In this document: positions 12,231-27,286 of the stretch, one piece after another | How the letters are laid out: every line of letters starts with the position of its first letter | Numbering within the stretch: the first letter of the stretch is position 1 | Assembly: GCA_051294375.1 (NCBI GenBank) | Contig: CM119268.1 | Location: 5,631,221 to 5,695,220, forward strand | Length of the DNA: 64,000 nt | Direction: 5' to 3' | DNA from: Paraspadella gotoi | Lineage: Eukaryota; Animalia; Chaetognatha | Made by a program: the position numbers and the translations under genes | The notes under the pieces: generated by a model | What the model was told of the DNA's origin: nothing | What the model saw: the letters and a program-made list of their open reading frames with translations, nothing else | Databases searched by the model: none

Positions 12231-12600
12231 AGGGACGGAAACGGCAAGAGAAAAAGCGTCGGAGGCCGTAAAAACCGGAAGCGAAAGAGACGCAAGGGAA
12301 CTTTGGGGTTTTTTTTTTGTGTGGATGTGGAGGAAAGGGTCGGCCTTGTCTTTGCCATTTTATTCTTACGTCGTCGTCGTCGTTGTCATGGTCGTTGTTG
12401 TTGTCGTATCGTTGTTGTCATCGTTGTCGTCCTTGGTCGTCATTGTAATTAGCGTCCAACTAAAATCGATCATATTGTTATCAATGTCGTTTTCGAATTT
12501 TTGATTTTCCGATGTTTTTTCGCACGAATCCTGTTTGTTTTTTAATATCTCTCTCTCTCTCTCTCGTCGGTCTCGTCTCTGCTCAGTCGTCTCTCCGCTC

Positions 12601-12641
<41 letters not shown>

Positions 12642-12678
12642 CTCTTTCTCTTCTCTCTCTCCCTTCTCTCCCTATCCT

Positions 12679-12742
<64 letters not shown>

Positions 12743-13621
12743 TTAAAAGTCTGAACAGAAAGGAGGTGGAGGGGATAGATTTTGTATGGGATAATTTATG
12801 ATTCGTTACTGTTGAGCGATAAGTTCAGCGATAGGTTGAGTGAATAAGTTTCGATTTTCGATTCGCGAAATTTTTGAATTGGAAATTCCTTTGATGAGTT
12901 CGACGGAAGAAAATATCAAGACTTCGACTCCGGAGAAAGAAAAGAATCTTACTCGTCATTTCTTTTCACATTTGATTATCGTTATAATCATAAGAATCAT
13001 CATCGTATTTATCATCATCATCATCATTGTCGTCATAATCACCATAAACGTCATCATCTTCATCATCGTCATTGCCTTCATCATCATCATCATCACCATC
13101 ATAACCATCATCATCTTCTTTATCGTCGTCGTCGTCGTCGTCGTCACCGTATCGTTAAAAGAAATGGAAATGTGTTTCTGAGGTTTATTTATACTCGCGA
13201 AAGAAAAAATAGAAAAAACGGGAAAAAAAAGAAAAAAACAGAAAAAAAAAACGTTTTAAAAGAAAAAAAAACCAACTCACCTTTTTTTCAAATTTCCGGC
13301 AAAATTTTAAAAAAAGTTTTTTTTCTGTTTTTTTTTTTTAATTTTTGTTCGTTTTCTTTTTTTAAGCCAAACTTTTTCTTCTTCTAACGTAAACTTTTGT
13401 TAAGATGAAGATGCTTCGCTTTATACTTTTCATGATTTATTCATTTTATTGTTTTTGTTGTTTTTTTAGTTATTAAGTTGTTTTTTTTATATTTTTGTTT
13501 TTTTATCCATCGGTTTCTTATGTCCGCCTCGTGAACTGTCGGAAAGAAAAAAAAAATGTTTTGTTTTGTGAACTGAAATATACAGAAATCCACGAGAAAT
13601 GTATTGGGGTGTGTGACGAGA

Positions 13622-13760
13622 TTTCGTTCGTTCGTTCGTTCGTTCGTTCGTTCGTTCGTTCGTTGCGTTCGTTCGTTCGGTCGTTCGGTCGGTCTTCGGT
13701 TCGGTTCGTTCGTTCGTTCGTTCGTTCGTTCGTTCGTTCGTTCGTTCGTTCGTTTCGATC
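13622..13760. repeat. (TTCG)n microsatellite
   Basis: Visible directly and present in all six copies of segment M. Confidence 0.97.
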
Positions 13761-13869
13761 GATCTATCGTTCGCTTGTTGGTTTTCTTTTTTCTTTTCTT
13801 CCTTCCAACCTACGTTTGGTCGGTCAGTCGGTCGGCCGATCGGATGGAAAAAATGACCTCAAGGCTTTA

Positions 13870-13904
<35 letters not shown>

Positions 13905-14310
13905 NNNNNNNNNNNNNNNNNNNNNNNNNCCATTTTTATTAAAAATTTATACCAAATTTTTTGAATTTCATCTTCAATATTACATACTGCAATATGTAAT
14001 TAGATTAAAGCATTTCTATATACTAATTTGGATATAATATTAGAACTTTAATCTCATTTGCATATTGCAGTAAATCATAATTGAAGTGGAATTGAAACAA
14101 AAAATACTTAAATTCCAAATGTAATATGAAAATATCACAGCTAATTTCAAGATGAAAAGCACATAATCTAAATCTTTAACTTACTTATGATCGCACACTT
14201 TTGTAAAACTTTGTCATAATTCACTAATAATTTTTATTTAAAAAAAAACGGTAAGTCACAGCCAAACTATAAAAGCGTAGTAGTTATTATATGATAAAAC
14301 AGCGTGGACG

Positions 14311-14553
<243 letters not shown>

Positions 14554-14998
14554 CAAGAAGCAACCTAAAACATTATAGAGCCTGACCGGCTTCGCCGGTC
14601 AAGGCTCGATAATAAGCGAAAGAGAGACGAAAAAGTCAAAAGACAGAAACTTTTCAAATTGGAAGAATGTTACCAAAGCTTTAAATCTTTAAAAATCTTT
14701 AATCATTTAATTTTAATCTTTAATCTTTAATCTTTAATCTCTAAAAAAATCTTTAAAAAATCTTTTACAAATCTTTAACAGGGAGAGAGTTTTTCCGGTT
14801 GGCACTCCATTTCCGATGTAGTTTAAAGAATCCAGTTTGCAGTCGAATGGAGATCTTTGGGGAGTGACATCCCAGGGCAAAGTGGGTGTTCTGCGGGTCA
14901 AGGAGAAGTTGGACAAAAGGGTCCTGGTTGAAATTTGAGTAAAGAATTTTGGGCCGAGGAGACTTGTCGATGACTGATGAGGCCAATGAGTGAATGAG

Positions 14999-15031
<33 letters not shown>

Positions 15032-15294
15032 AACATTACATTAAGAGTAGATCTTATTTTAGTTCAAGTCAGAATCGTGTTTAATTCGACAGACGGACAA
15101 ACGGACTGAAAACAGACGGACGGAGGAACGGAAAGAGGTTGAAACAAAACAAATTAACAAAAGGCTGAGTGAGAGATTTCAAATTTCTTAAAATAGTTAC
15201 CATAGTCCATTTATGATTTTACAAAAAATGTAAATTGACACCAATGTTTACATCTCTCTCTCACTCTTTCCCTCCTTCCATCTTCTTTTCTTTT

Positions 15295-15327
15295 CTAGCC
15301 GCGCGCGCTCGGGTCGGCGCGCGAGAC

Positions 15328-15388
<61 letters not shown>

Positions 15389-15560
15389 GGAGAGAGAGAG
15401 AGAAGGACGCCGAAAAGGAGGAAAATCCTCCCGCGCTTCTTTTCCAGCTTTCGCGCGAATTCTCGACTTCCGGTTTATCGCGATTCGCGGCTTCGATAGA
15501 TTTTGTCGGAGACAGAATATTTTTATTATTTGTCCGTAAATAGATCGCCGATGAATTGAT
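15295..15560. promoter_or_regulatory. CpG-rich promoter-like patch with E2F-like and ETS-like motifs
   Basis: TTTCGCGC at 15449-15456, ACTTCCGGT at 15466-15474, CGCGCG runs at 15300-15325 and an adjacent (GA)n tract. Confidence 0.3.
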
Positions 15561-16645
15561 CTCTTCTCTCTCTCTCTCTCTCTCTCTCTTTTCCTCTCTC
15601 TCCTCTCCCTCTCTCTCTTCTCTCTCTCTCTCTTCTTCATCTCTCTCTCTCCCGTCCTCCCCTCTCTCGACTCCTTGAAATCGTGAACTATGACTTCGTT
15701 AAATTCGAATGGATCTAATCGAACTTCGTTAAATCCGTATGTCACTTAATCGAACATTCGCTCCACGGAAAGCGGCTTTTTCTAATCAATACACTCTCAC
15801 CAATGGGCGCGAAACTTTTGAATCAATTCAAAAGATAAATCAAATTTATTTGGAGAATTTTTTCCGCATAAATCAAAATAATCTTTTTCCCCGTATTAAA
15901 TCGCATCGCCCCCCATAAATCCGATTTAAAAAAAAGTTAAACCCGGAGCATCTAGCTGTCTAACAGTGGTTAAAAAATTTAAAAAAAAAAAAAAATAGTT
16001 TAAGAATAAGATCAGATGCAAAAAATTATTTCTATCACAATTCGTTTATACGATCTAGTGTTGTCAATACAAGTGGTCATTTTGTTTTTTAATTTAATTT
16101 TCTTTTTTCAGTTAAAATATATAATTTGAGATTTTAAAAAAATAAAATTCTTTCTTTAAACATTTTATTTTTAATGTTTTGTACAGAAAACGAAAGTTGT
16201 AAAAAACAACTTAGATTGATTTAAGAAAAAAAAAGCTCAAACTTTAAGATAAGGAATGTCAATAGTTTTTAAGTGTAATAATATTACGAGAAATATGTCA
16301 TAGAGAAAACAGATAACACATGATCACTTTCTTTCGCTTTTTTTCTATTCTTCTCTCTCTTTTCTCGGTCTCAACAACAGTTGAGTCCCTAATAACGCTC
16401 TGTCTCTCCATTAGAGCATGAAGTCCGCCGCGACAAACTCTCTACTCCTCTCTCTCTCTCTCTCTCCTCTCTCTCTTTCTCTCTCCTCTCGTCTCTCTCA
16501 TCCTACTCTCTCTTCTCTCTCTCTCTCTCTCTCGATGAAACTACTTTAACTGCCGCGCTCAGTCCGCACCCGACGGTCAGCGTGGGGTGACATTGATTTA
16601 ATCTCTTTTCGTCGCCCTCGCTTCTCCCTCCCTTCTCCTTCCTCT

Positions 16646-16683
<38 letters not shown>

Positions 16684-16798
16684 CCCTCTCCCTCTTTCTC
16701 TCATTTTGTGCCACGGAATCGCTTCGAATTTTCCCTTCGTTTTCGCTTTGGTTTTGGTTAGATTCGCCTTAAAATCGCCTCATGACTTTTCTGGCGGG

Positions 16799-16842
<44 letters not shown>

Positions 16843-16988
16843 CGAGAGAGATTGAAGGGAGGAGAGAGAGAGAAGAGAGAGAGAGAGAGGAGAAGGAGAG
16901 AGAGAGAGAAGAGAGAAGAAAGAACACAGAGAGAGAAACAGAGAGAGGAGAGAGAGAGAGAGAGAGAGAGACACAGAGAGAGCAAGGA

Positions 16989-17019
<31 letters not shown>

Positions 17020-17536
17020 AGATGAATAAATTGATTAAAACAATGTATTAGGAATTACAAATACTAAGACAAATAGACAAAGACAAAAACTCAAATGAAA
17101 ACCCATGCATATATAAACATGTCGGAGTTTTTGTTATAAACTGAAAACGATAAAACAACAACAAGGGAATCTCTTGAGAAAAACCAAGGAAATAATATCG
17201 AAAGAAAAACCAAAAAAAAAAAAATCCAAATTCCCAAAATCCGCTTCTTTTTTCTGCTTTGGGTGTTGACAAAATTTTTTTTTCCATTTTTGATCTTTCT
17301 TCTTCAATTTCTTTTTTGCTTTAATTTCGGCTCTAAATTTGTCTGCCTCCATCGTCATCGTCGTTGTCGTCGTCGTCATAACCGTCGTTGTCGTTTATTG
17401 TCGCACATTTTTCAAATAGAAAACAAATTTGTCTGATTCGTTCGTTCGTATCTTCGTCGTCGTCGTCTTCGTCATCGTCTACTAGGGTTTGGGATTGTGG
17501 CGGGATTGACCTTTTTCCCCGTCGTCGTCGTCCGTC

Positions 17537-17568
<32 letters not shown>

Positions 17569-19489
17569 TCTTCTGTCTTGAAATTATCTTCATCGCAAAC
17601 AAAATTTTTTTCGTCCCACAAAATATTTTTTTCTTCTTATTTCTGTCGTCGTCGTCATCATCATCATCATCATCGTCAGCATCATCACAATCATCAATCA
17701 TCATCATCAGTGTCATCAGCGTCATCTCTTGTATCCATCATCCATATCTTATTCTCGTCAATGACGTTTTATTTCTACAAAAATTATCATCAACAACATC
17801 ATTGTTGTTCATCATTATCTTTCCTAATGTTTTAGGTTCAATCTATACCAGTCATCAATTCGGTCATAATTGATGTCATCTCGTCGTCAGCGTCACGGTC
17901 GTTATTATCATCATCGTCGCTGTCATCTTTCTCCTCACTGTCATCTTCTTCATCATCGTCGTCGTCCATTTTTTCTTTCCAAAATCGACACATGTTTCTG
18001 GTTTTTACGCTTCGTTTGGATCAAGAAGAATGTGGAGCTCAAAAGTTCATAGATGAGGGCATAAAAACAGAGACGTTTGTGTCATTAACATCTAATCATC
18101 ATCATCATCGATATCATCGATTCATAATCTACATCATCATTTTTATCATTATATCAATTAATCGTAATCATAATAATTAAAAATGCCTCATTTTTTGTTG
18201 TAATTTAAATTTTTTATCCTCTTCTTCCCTCCTTTTCGTTGAATTAGTCGTGATCAGTGACGAAAAAACCTACAAAACATCCTTCGGATCAAATTAACTA
18301 ATTTATTAATTTAAATTATTATGAAATTGGTAACAAACCAATATAAAAATTATCCATTCATTTAATATAAGCTATCCTTGTCCCTGATTTGGACAGGCTT
18401 TGGTGGTTTTAGGCCTCCATCACACTACTTACAAGATAATAACAAAGCAGGTTTCTGCAAGCTTTCAATCAAAGACTCTCTCACAGTCTTATTATTCACT
18501 CCCAGTGAACCTTGCTTCCCTATCCATGAAGTGGTATAATATTTCAAAGAATATTTTTTATTTATTGTAATTAAACAATAAAAAGGAAACAATCGCGCGA
18601 GAAATTAACGCCGCGGCATCTCTGGAGGGGCTTTCCTTACATTGACCTATTCGGGCGAGAGCCGAGCTGGTCTTATTACCCAGCTATTCAACCAGCAAGG
18701 AGGTCAGCTAGGTAAGGAACTAAGGAGCAACATCGCAGAGACACAGGTTTCCGATTCTGGAAGGTTAAGTTTCTCTTTTTATCTAGAGAGCTTTCTGCCC
18801 CACCCAAAATTTTGGTTGACTTGGATACTTATCAAGCCTTTGGTCCAATTAGTTTGGACATGAAAGGACCGTGTTTTCGAGAATGTTTGCTTATTGATAT
18901 AGTCAGTTCGCCGGCATTCAATCGATCAGTTTACATGTTTCAACGAGAGATTTTTAACTTTTAAAAAATTTAGCGATTAGTTGGTATAACGAAGATGTAA
19001 ATGAGATAGAGAAATTAAATGGTTAATTTGTAATTGTTTCATGTTTTACTTTTTATTTTTTCTTAAATTTAGATTCCGAGACCTATAATTAGGGGTGGCC
19101 TATCACAGAATTTCAATTTAGCATTATCAATAATAAGTAGAATACTTACGCCTAATTTTACGCCGACAATGAAATAATTATAATATATATATTATATTTT
19201 TCTCTTTCACTTGCTTTTTCTCTCTTTTTCTCTTCTTTCTTCTACCTTTTCCTTTACTTTCTTCCTCTCCTTCCTCGTAAATCTTCTTCTTCTTCCCTCA
19301 TCTCCTTCCCCCTTTTCGCCACCTTTTCTGACGTCCGAGTTTCGAATTTTGGCGCCAACTCGAAGTGCACCTAACGCCTCGCGAGTTTCGGCATCTGCGT
19401 GGGCACCTCCACTGCCGTTACGCCCTGGTTGCACCTGAAAATCTCATATCCTTTGTTTGTAATGATTCAGACTTTTAATATTGCTTCCT

Positions 19490-19527
19490 TATTATTTTTA
19501 TTATTATTATTATTATTATTATATTTA

Positions 19528-19620
<93 letters not shown>
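19490..19620. repeat. (ATT)n microsatellite at the M/R boundary
   Basis: Visible directly; appears as (AAT)n at 13872-13904, 27203-27320, 49474-49600 and 63142-63270. Confidence 0.97.
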
Positions 19621-19622
<2 letters not shown>

Positions 19623-20792
19623 TTAAAGCCTTGAGGTCATTTTTTTCCATCCGATCGGCCGACCGACTGACCGACCAAACGTGTAGGTTGGAAGAGAAGA
19701 AAAAAAAAAGAAAACCAACAAGCGAAACGATAGATCGATACGAACGAACGAACGAACGAACGAACGAACGAACGAACGACGACGACCGACCCGACCGAAC
19801 GACCGAACGACGAACGAACGAACGAACGAACGAACGAACGAACGAACGAACGACGAACGAACGAACAACGAACGAACGAACCGAGCACATCTCGTCACAC
19901 ACCCAATACATTTCTCGTGGATTTCTGGTATATTTCAGTTCACAAAAACAAAACATTTTTTTTTCTTTCCGACAGTTCACGAGGCGGACATAAGAAACCA
20001 TGGTAAAAAAACAATATAAAAAAAAACACTTAATAACTAAAAACAATAAAATGAATAAATCATGAAAAGTATAAAGCGAAGCATCTCATCTTAACAAAAG
20101 TTTACGTTAGAAGAAGAAAAAGTTTGGCTTAAAAAAAGAAAACAGAACAAAAATTAAAAAAACAAAAACAGAAAAAAACTTTTTTTAAAATTTGCCGGAA
20201 ATTTTGAAAAAAGGTGAGTTGGTTTTTTTTTTCTTTTAAAACGTTTTTTTTTTTCTGTTTTTTTCTTTTTTTTTTCCCGTTTTTTCTATTTTTTTTTCGC
20301 GAGTATAAAATAAACCTCAGAAACACATTTTCCATTTCTTTTAACGATACGGTGACGACGACGCGAACGACGCCACGACGATAAAGAAGATGATGATGGT
20401 TATATGATGGTGATATGATGATGATGAAGGCAATGACGATGATAGAAGATGATGACGTTATTATGGTGATTATGACGACAATGAATGATGATGATGATAA
20501 ATAACGATGATGATTCTTATGTATTATAACGATAATCAAATGTGAAAAGAAATGACGAGTAAGATTCTTTTCTTTCTTCCGGAGTCGAAGTCTTGATATT
20601 TTCTCGTCACACGTCAACTCATCAAAGGAATTTCCAATTAAAAATTTCGCGCGAATCGAAAATCGAAACTTATTCACATCAACCTATCGCTGAACTTATC
20701 GCTCAACAGTAAGCGAATCATAATTAATCCGCATAAAAAATTATCCCTCCACCTCTTTCTCTGTTCAGACTTTTAAATACGAAGAGAGAGAG

Positions 20793-20841
<49 letters not shown>

Positions 20842-20856
20842 AGAGAGAGAGAGAGA

Positions 20857-20890
<34 letters not shown>

Positions 20891-21125
20891 ATTGGAGTGA
20901 GAGTGGGCGTGACATCACATTGAAAGTGGGCGTGGCCCCCCGTGAAAGTAGGCGTGGTTCCGTCGTCGGCGGAATCCTCGTGAAAACCACCTTTTACGAT
21001 TCTGTGAGAATTCTCTCGCTTTCTTTCTTTCTTTCTTGCTTGCTTGCTTGCTTGCTTGCTTTTTTTCTTGCTTGCTTTCTTTCTTTCTTTCTTCTTTCTT
21101 TCTTTCTTTCTCTTTCTTTCTTTCT

Positions 21126-21169
<44 letters not shown>

Positions 21170-23839
21170 TTTTTTCTTTCTATCTTTCTTTCTTTCTTCT
21201 TTTTTTTTTTTCTTTCTATTCCTTTCTCATTCTCTTTTCTTCTTTCTTTCTTTCTTCTCTTTCTTTCTTTCTTTCTTTCTTTTCCTTTCTTTCTTTCTTT
21301 CTTTCTTTTCTTTCTTTCTCTCTGGATTACACCACTCAAATTCACCAAGAGAACTGCAGCTGAAGGCAGAAACACAAAAAAAATATCTTCTTTCTATTTC
21401 GGTGAGAAAATTTGATGCTCAGCAACTCACAGATTTACGTATTCACTAAATTTTGACAAACTATTTATTTTACAAAGTTCTTAAATTCATTACAACGGAA
21501 TAAAGTAAGAAATCAGTAGGCAGAGGTGGTCGAGATATAAAAAAATTGGAAGCAAATAAGATAAATCAACTTATTTAGAGAATATTAAAAAAAATTGTTT
21601 AATTTGTAAACAATACTAAATGGAATTTCACACTTAAGGTAAAGTTTGAACAAATAAAATAAATTAATTTTTTTTTCGAGCATCGTAAGATGTTTAAGAA
21701 ATTCGATGAGCTGATTTTTTATTTTCTTTCTGACTTCATGGAGACTCAAGATTTCACTCGGTTATTCGTAGCTGTGTCTCTCTTTTATTACATTCGACGC
21801 TATTTCGTTCGTTATATTTACAAAAGTTTTTTGCTAATATTTATTGTCGCCGCGGTTGTCCTCATCGCTGTTGTCGTTGTTGTCGTTGTTGATCGTCCTC
21901 GTCGTAACTCCCGCTGGTGATGCCCCGGTTCTTCTCGATGTCAATGTTGTTTGTTGTCGTTTGTTGTTGTTGTTGTTGTGGATATCGTCGCGTCGCGTCT
22001 CGTCGTCTGTGTTGTTCCCATGTTTTTTTTTTTCGTCTCCACCTTTATTCGGTGGGAGTTCCTCGAGATGAGCAGAAGAATAGCGCGAGGGGAGGAAAGG
22101 AAAGAAGAAAGAGAAAGTAGGAAAGAAAAAGAGAGGAAAGGAAAGAGAAGAGGAGGAAAGGAAAGTGAAAGGAAATAGAAAGAGAAAAGAAAGATAAAAT
22201 GGAGAAGAGGAAAAATAAAATCAGAAGGAAAGAGATGAAGGAAAAGTGAGAGGCAACGGAAGACAGAGAGAAGAGGGAGGAGAATTAGAAAGGTAAGATA
22301 TTAAGATGAACCAAAGAAAAGAAAAGAAGGAAGAACATAAAAAAAAGAAAAAATTAGAGATGGAAGATATGAAGATGAACCAAAGGAAGAATAGAAGGAA
22401 GAGAGAAGAAAGAGTAAAAAAGAGAAGAAAATAGAAAAAAAAGAGCGAGAAAATGATAGGATACTGGAAGAGAAGTTAGAATATGAAAATAAATTAGAGA
22501 TAAGAAAACGTGAGAAGGAAAAAAGAAAAAGAAGTAAAAAGTCAAACGAGAATCGTTGTTGTTGTTGTCCTCGTTCTGCCGTCGCCAGAGATACCGAGGT
22601 CTCACTGAAAACCCGTAAGGTTTCGCTATGTCGTCGTCTTGTCGAAGAAAAGAAGGTCATAACTTGTCCAGTAGAGTGAAGCACTGGGGAACATACTTTG
22701 TCCAGTGTCTAAACTTCAAATTGAGGGACTGAGGAGGAAAGAGCTCTTTTATTAATTGTAGGTGTGAAAGAAGTGATAAAGTAAGTGTGAGATTGGAAGT
22801 GAATGCGGGAGAGAGTTTCCGAAGATGTGATTCGTAGAAAAGGTGTGAAAGTTGCGAAAAAGAAGGAAGACGTAATTGCAATGGAGACACGACGACGACG
22901 ACGATGACTACGACGACGACGGCTCCAATGAAGACATTGAGGACGACGTGTACAACGACGACAATGAGGATGACATTAAAACGACGACGACAATGAGGAC
23001 GACGACTACGAAGACGCAATCGCAATAAATTGAATCTCATAAACTGAATCGTGAAAAAAAAGGAACAAGTTACATCGACAGCTTCGCCGCCCCACTTCTC
23101 TTCTGGCCCCGTGTCATAAAAACTACTATCATGGTTACAAGATAAGGATCTATAAAATTACAATATCTGTGATTTAGATCAGGAAAGTATATTCTGTTCG
23201 TTGAAAGTGTATATTTCTTGTTGACATTAGAATTAATTTCCTCATGAGGTTATTTTCGAAAAGTTTCTCAGCAGTAGCAAAGTGAAAAATACACGATTTG
23301 AGAGAGAAAAGTAAATTTTGAGAGAAACACAGAGATTAAAAAGCGGAAAGAGGTTCAAAATAATAATAATAAAAATAATATTGGATAAAATAAGACTCTC
23401 TCAGTCTCGTTTTATTCACTCCCAGAGTACCTGGCTTCCCTATCAATGAAGTGGTATAATATTTCAAAGAATGTTTTCAATTGTAAGAAAAGACCACTCC
23501 GATATTGTTCTCCAATCATTGAATCAAATAACCAAATTGAATTTTTTTTTCCAGACCAATTCCATCCTTTATCCAACCACCGATCTCAAAAAACCCATTG
23601 CAAAATAAAATCCCTGACCACCATCTGCAACGATCAACGCTGATTCAAAGTCGATAGAACCGGCGAAATCTCGAGAGATGGAATTCGAAAATCTGAAGGA
23701 AAGGAAAAACGAGGAAAGAGATCATTTGTAGATTAAAGGAAAACGATCAGGTTCTTGACGACGACGACGACGATGACGAAAGACGACGACGACGATGCGA
23801 TTAAGAGAAGATAATGACAAAGACGACTATCATGATGAA

Positions 23840-23872
<33 letters not shown>

Positions 23873-23995
23873 GTTGTGATTATGAAGAAGATTAAATGAC
23901 GAAAGAAGACTATGATGATGAGATGACGACGATGACGAAGACGACGACGACGACGAAGTTGTGATTATGAAGAACATAATGTCAGAGAAGACTAG

Positions 23996-24028
<33 letters not shown>

Positions 24029-24255
24029 CGACGACGAAGACGATGAGAATGATGCTAGCGAAGAATATGATCACGACAAAGACTACGACGACGACGACGA
24101 TGACGAAGACAAAGAAAGGCGACGATGATGAAAACGACGACGACGATGCAGCAATATCAAACATGAGCAACTCACAAATTGGTGTCACAAAATTTCTATG
24201 ATAAAACCTCATAAAATTTCATGAAAAATTTTCTGAATCTGGCCTCTCTGCTCTG

Positions 24256-24332
<77 letters not shown>

Positions 24333-25929
24333 TGCTCAAGAGAGGGCGGATTAAAATTCGGCGGAGTCTCCGACGCTGTCGACTTAGAGAAGAAGAGAGG
24401 AGAGAAGAAAGAAAAGAAAAGAGAGAGAGAGAAAAGAAGAAGAGAGAGAAAGAAAAAAATAAGAAAAAGCAAAAGAAAAAAGATAAAGAAGAAGAGAAAG
24501 AAAAAAGTAAGAAAAAGGCAAAAAGAAAAGAAGAAGAGAAGAAGAAAAAAGAATAAAAAAAAAAGGCAAAAAGAAAAAGAATAAAAAAGAAATAAGCAAA
24601 AAGAAAGAAAAAAGAAAAGAAAGAAAGAAGAAGAGAATTAGAAAAAAAGCAAAGGGCAAAATGAAAAGAAGAAAAAAAAATAAGCAAAAGAAAAAAAAAA
24701 AATGAAAAAAAAAAAAAAGAGGAAAAGAAAAATGGAAAAAAAGGAGAAGAAAAAAAAAAAAAGAAAAAAAGAAAAAAAAGAGAAAAGAAGAAAGAATGGA
24801 AGAATGAAAAAGATAAAAAGAAAAAAAGGAAAGACTAAAGTATAAAAAATAAAATGACTAAAAAACTAAAGTGACCATTTTAGCTCATAGCAAATCAAAT
24901 AATATTAACAATTGACAAAGCGTTCAACTACTTATGTCCACGAATTCCAAATAATTACATAATTTGTGAGAAAACAAAATCATTCAATCAAGACGAAAGA
25001 AAATCCTAACTCCCCCCTGCACCCCCCTTCCCTCAAAATATCTTCCTACTCCTCTTTCTTTTTTTTTTCTTCCTCCGATTTCATCGCCTACATTTTCTGG
25101 GTCACTGGGTCCAACAGGATCCATAAATCTGCAATTGCAATCCGGTCGCGGATTCTCTAGTCACGTGACAACCAAGTTGGCCTTTCGGGGATTTCTGGCG
25201 TCGCCGAAGCCACTGATGCGTTTGATTTCGTCCATGAGCGGATTGGCGTTGATCTTCCGGGGAAATTGTCGCCGTCGAAGGAGGCAAAAGTCATTGGCCA
25301 CATGGAATAAGTAGCCGTTTCAACTGATTTACTTGAGTCAAAATAATTCTAAGTAACTCGAGAGATTTTATCCAAAAAAGATTTCAAGTTGCCAAAGTCG
25401 CGTAAAAAAAAAAGAGGCAATGGCATCAATCATTCATTAGATTTCAGGCTTCATTGCTTCCCGTCAATGACGTAAATAAAAGAAAAAAAGTGGCAACGAG
25501 GACGGCCTCCGTCTTTCGGGGATTTCTGGCGACGCCTAGGCATTGATGGCTTTTCTGGCGTCGATGAAGGACGGAAACGACAAGAGAAAAAAGCGTCGAG
25601 GCCGTAAAAACCGGAAGCGAAAGAGACGCAAGGGAACTTGGGTTTTTTTTGTGTGTGGATGTGGAGGAAAGGGTCGGCCTTGTCTTTGCCATTTTATTCT
25701 TACGTCGTCGTCGTCGTTTGTCATGGTCCGTTGTTGTTGTCGTATCGTTGTTGTCATCGTTGTCGTCCTTGGTCGTCATTGTAATTTAGCGTCCAACTAA
25801 ATCGATCATATTGTTTATCAATGTCGTTTTCGAATTTTTGATTTTTCCGATGTTTTTCGCACGAATCCTTTGTTTTTTAATATCTCTCTCTCTCTCTCCT
25901 AATCTCTCTCTCTCTCTCTCTCTCTCCCT

Positions 25930-25998
<69 letters not shown>

Positions 25999-25999
25999 C

Positions 26000-26034
<35 letters not shown>

Positions 26035-26041
26035 CCTCTCT

Positions 26042-26077
<36 letters not shown>

Positions 26078-27199
26078 CTCTCTATTTAAAAGTCTGAACA
26101 GAAAGAGGTGAGGGGATAATTTTTATGGGATAATTTTATGATTCGTTACTAGTTGAGCGATAAGTTCAGCGATAGGTTGAGTGAATAGTTTCGATTTTCG
26201 ATTCGCGAAATTTTTGAATTGGAAATTCCTTTGATGAGTTCGACGGAATGAAAATATCATGACTTCGACTCCGGAGAAAGAAAAGAATCTTACTCGTCAT
26301 TTCTTTTCACATTTGATTATCGTTATATCATAAGAATCATCATCGTATTTATCATCATCATCATCATTGTCGTCATAATCACATAAACGTCATCATCTTT
26401 CATCATCGTCATTGCCTCAATCATCATCATCATCACCATCATAACCATCATCATCTTCTTTATCGTCGTCGTCGTCGTCGTCGTCACCGTATCGTTAAAA
26501 AAAATGGAAATGTGTTTTCTGAGGTTTATTTATACTCGCGAAAGAAAAAATAGAAAAAAACGGGAAAAAAAAGAAAAAAACAGAAAAAAAAAAACGTTTT
26601 AAAAGAAAAAAAAACCAACTCACCTTTTTTTTTCAAATTTCCGGCAAATTTTAAAAAATTTTTTTTTCTGTTTTTGTTTTTTTAATTTTTGTTCGTTTTC
26701 TTTTTTTAGCCAAACTTTTTCTTCTTCTAACGTAACTTTTGTTAAGATGAAGATGCTTCGCTTTATACTTTTCATGATTTATTCATTTATTGTTTTTTTT
26801 AGTTATTAAGTTGTTTTTTTTTATATTTTTGTTTTTTATCATCGGTTTTCTTATGTCGCCTCCGTGGACTGTCGGAAAGAAAAAAAAAATGTTTTTGTTT
26901 TGTGAACTGAAATATACAGAAATCACGAGAAATGTATTGGGGTGTGTGACGAGATTTCGTTCGTTCGTTCGTTCGTTCGTTCGTTCGTTCGTTCGTTCGT
27001 TCGTTTCGTTCGTTCGTTCGTTCGTTCGTTCGTTTCGGTCGTTCGTCGGTCGGTCGTTCGTTCGTTCGTTCGTTCGTTCGTTCGTTCGATCGATCTATCG
27101 TTCGCTTGTTGGTTTTCTTTTTCTGTTTCTTCCTTCCAACCTACGTTTGGTCGGTCAGTCGGTCGGCCGATCGGATGGAAAAAATGACTCAAGGCTTTA

Positions 27200-27230
<31 letters not shown>

Positions 27231-27233
27231 TAT

Positions 27234-27286
<53 letters not shown>

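Noticed and set aside
18600-18863. ORF MTYSGESRAGLITQLFNQQGG with nearby GTAAG donors
   Set aside because: It is a complex GC-richer island, but the frame differs among copies and no homology is recognisable.
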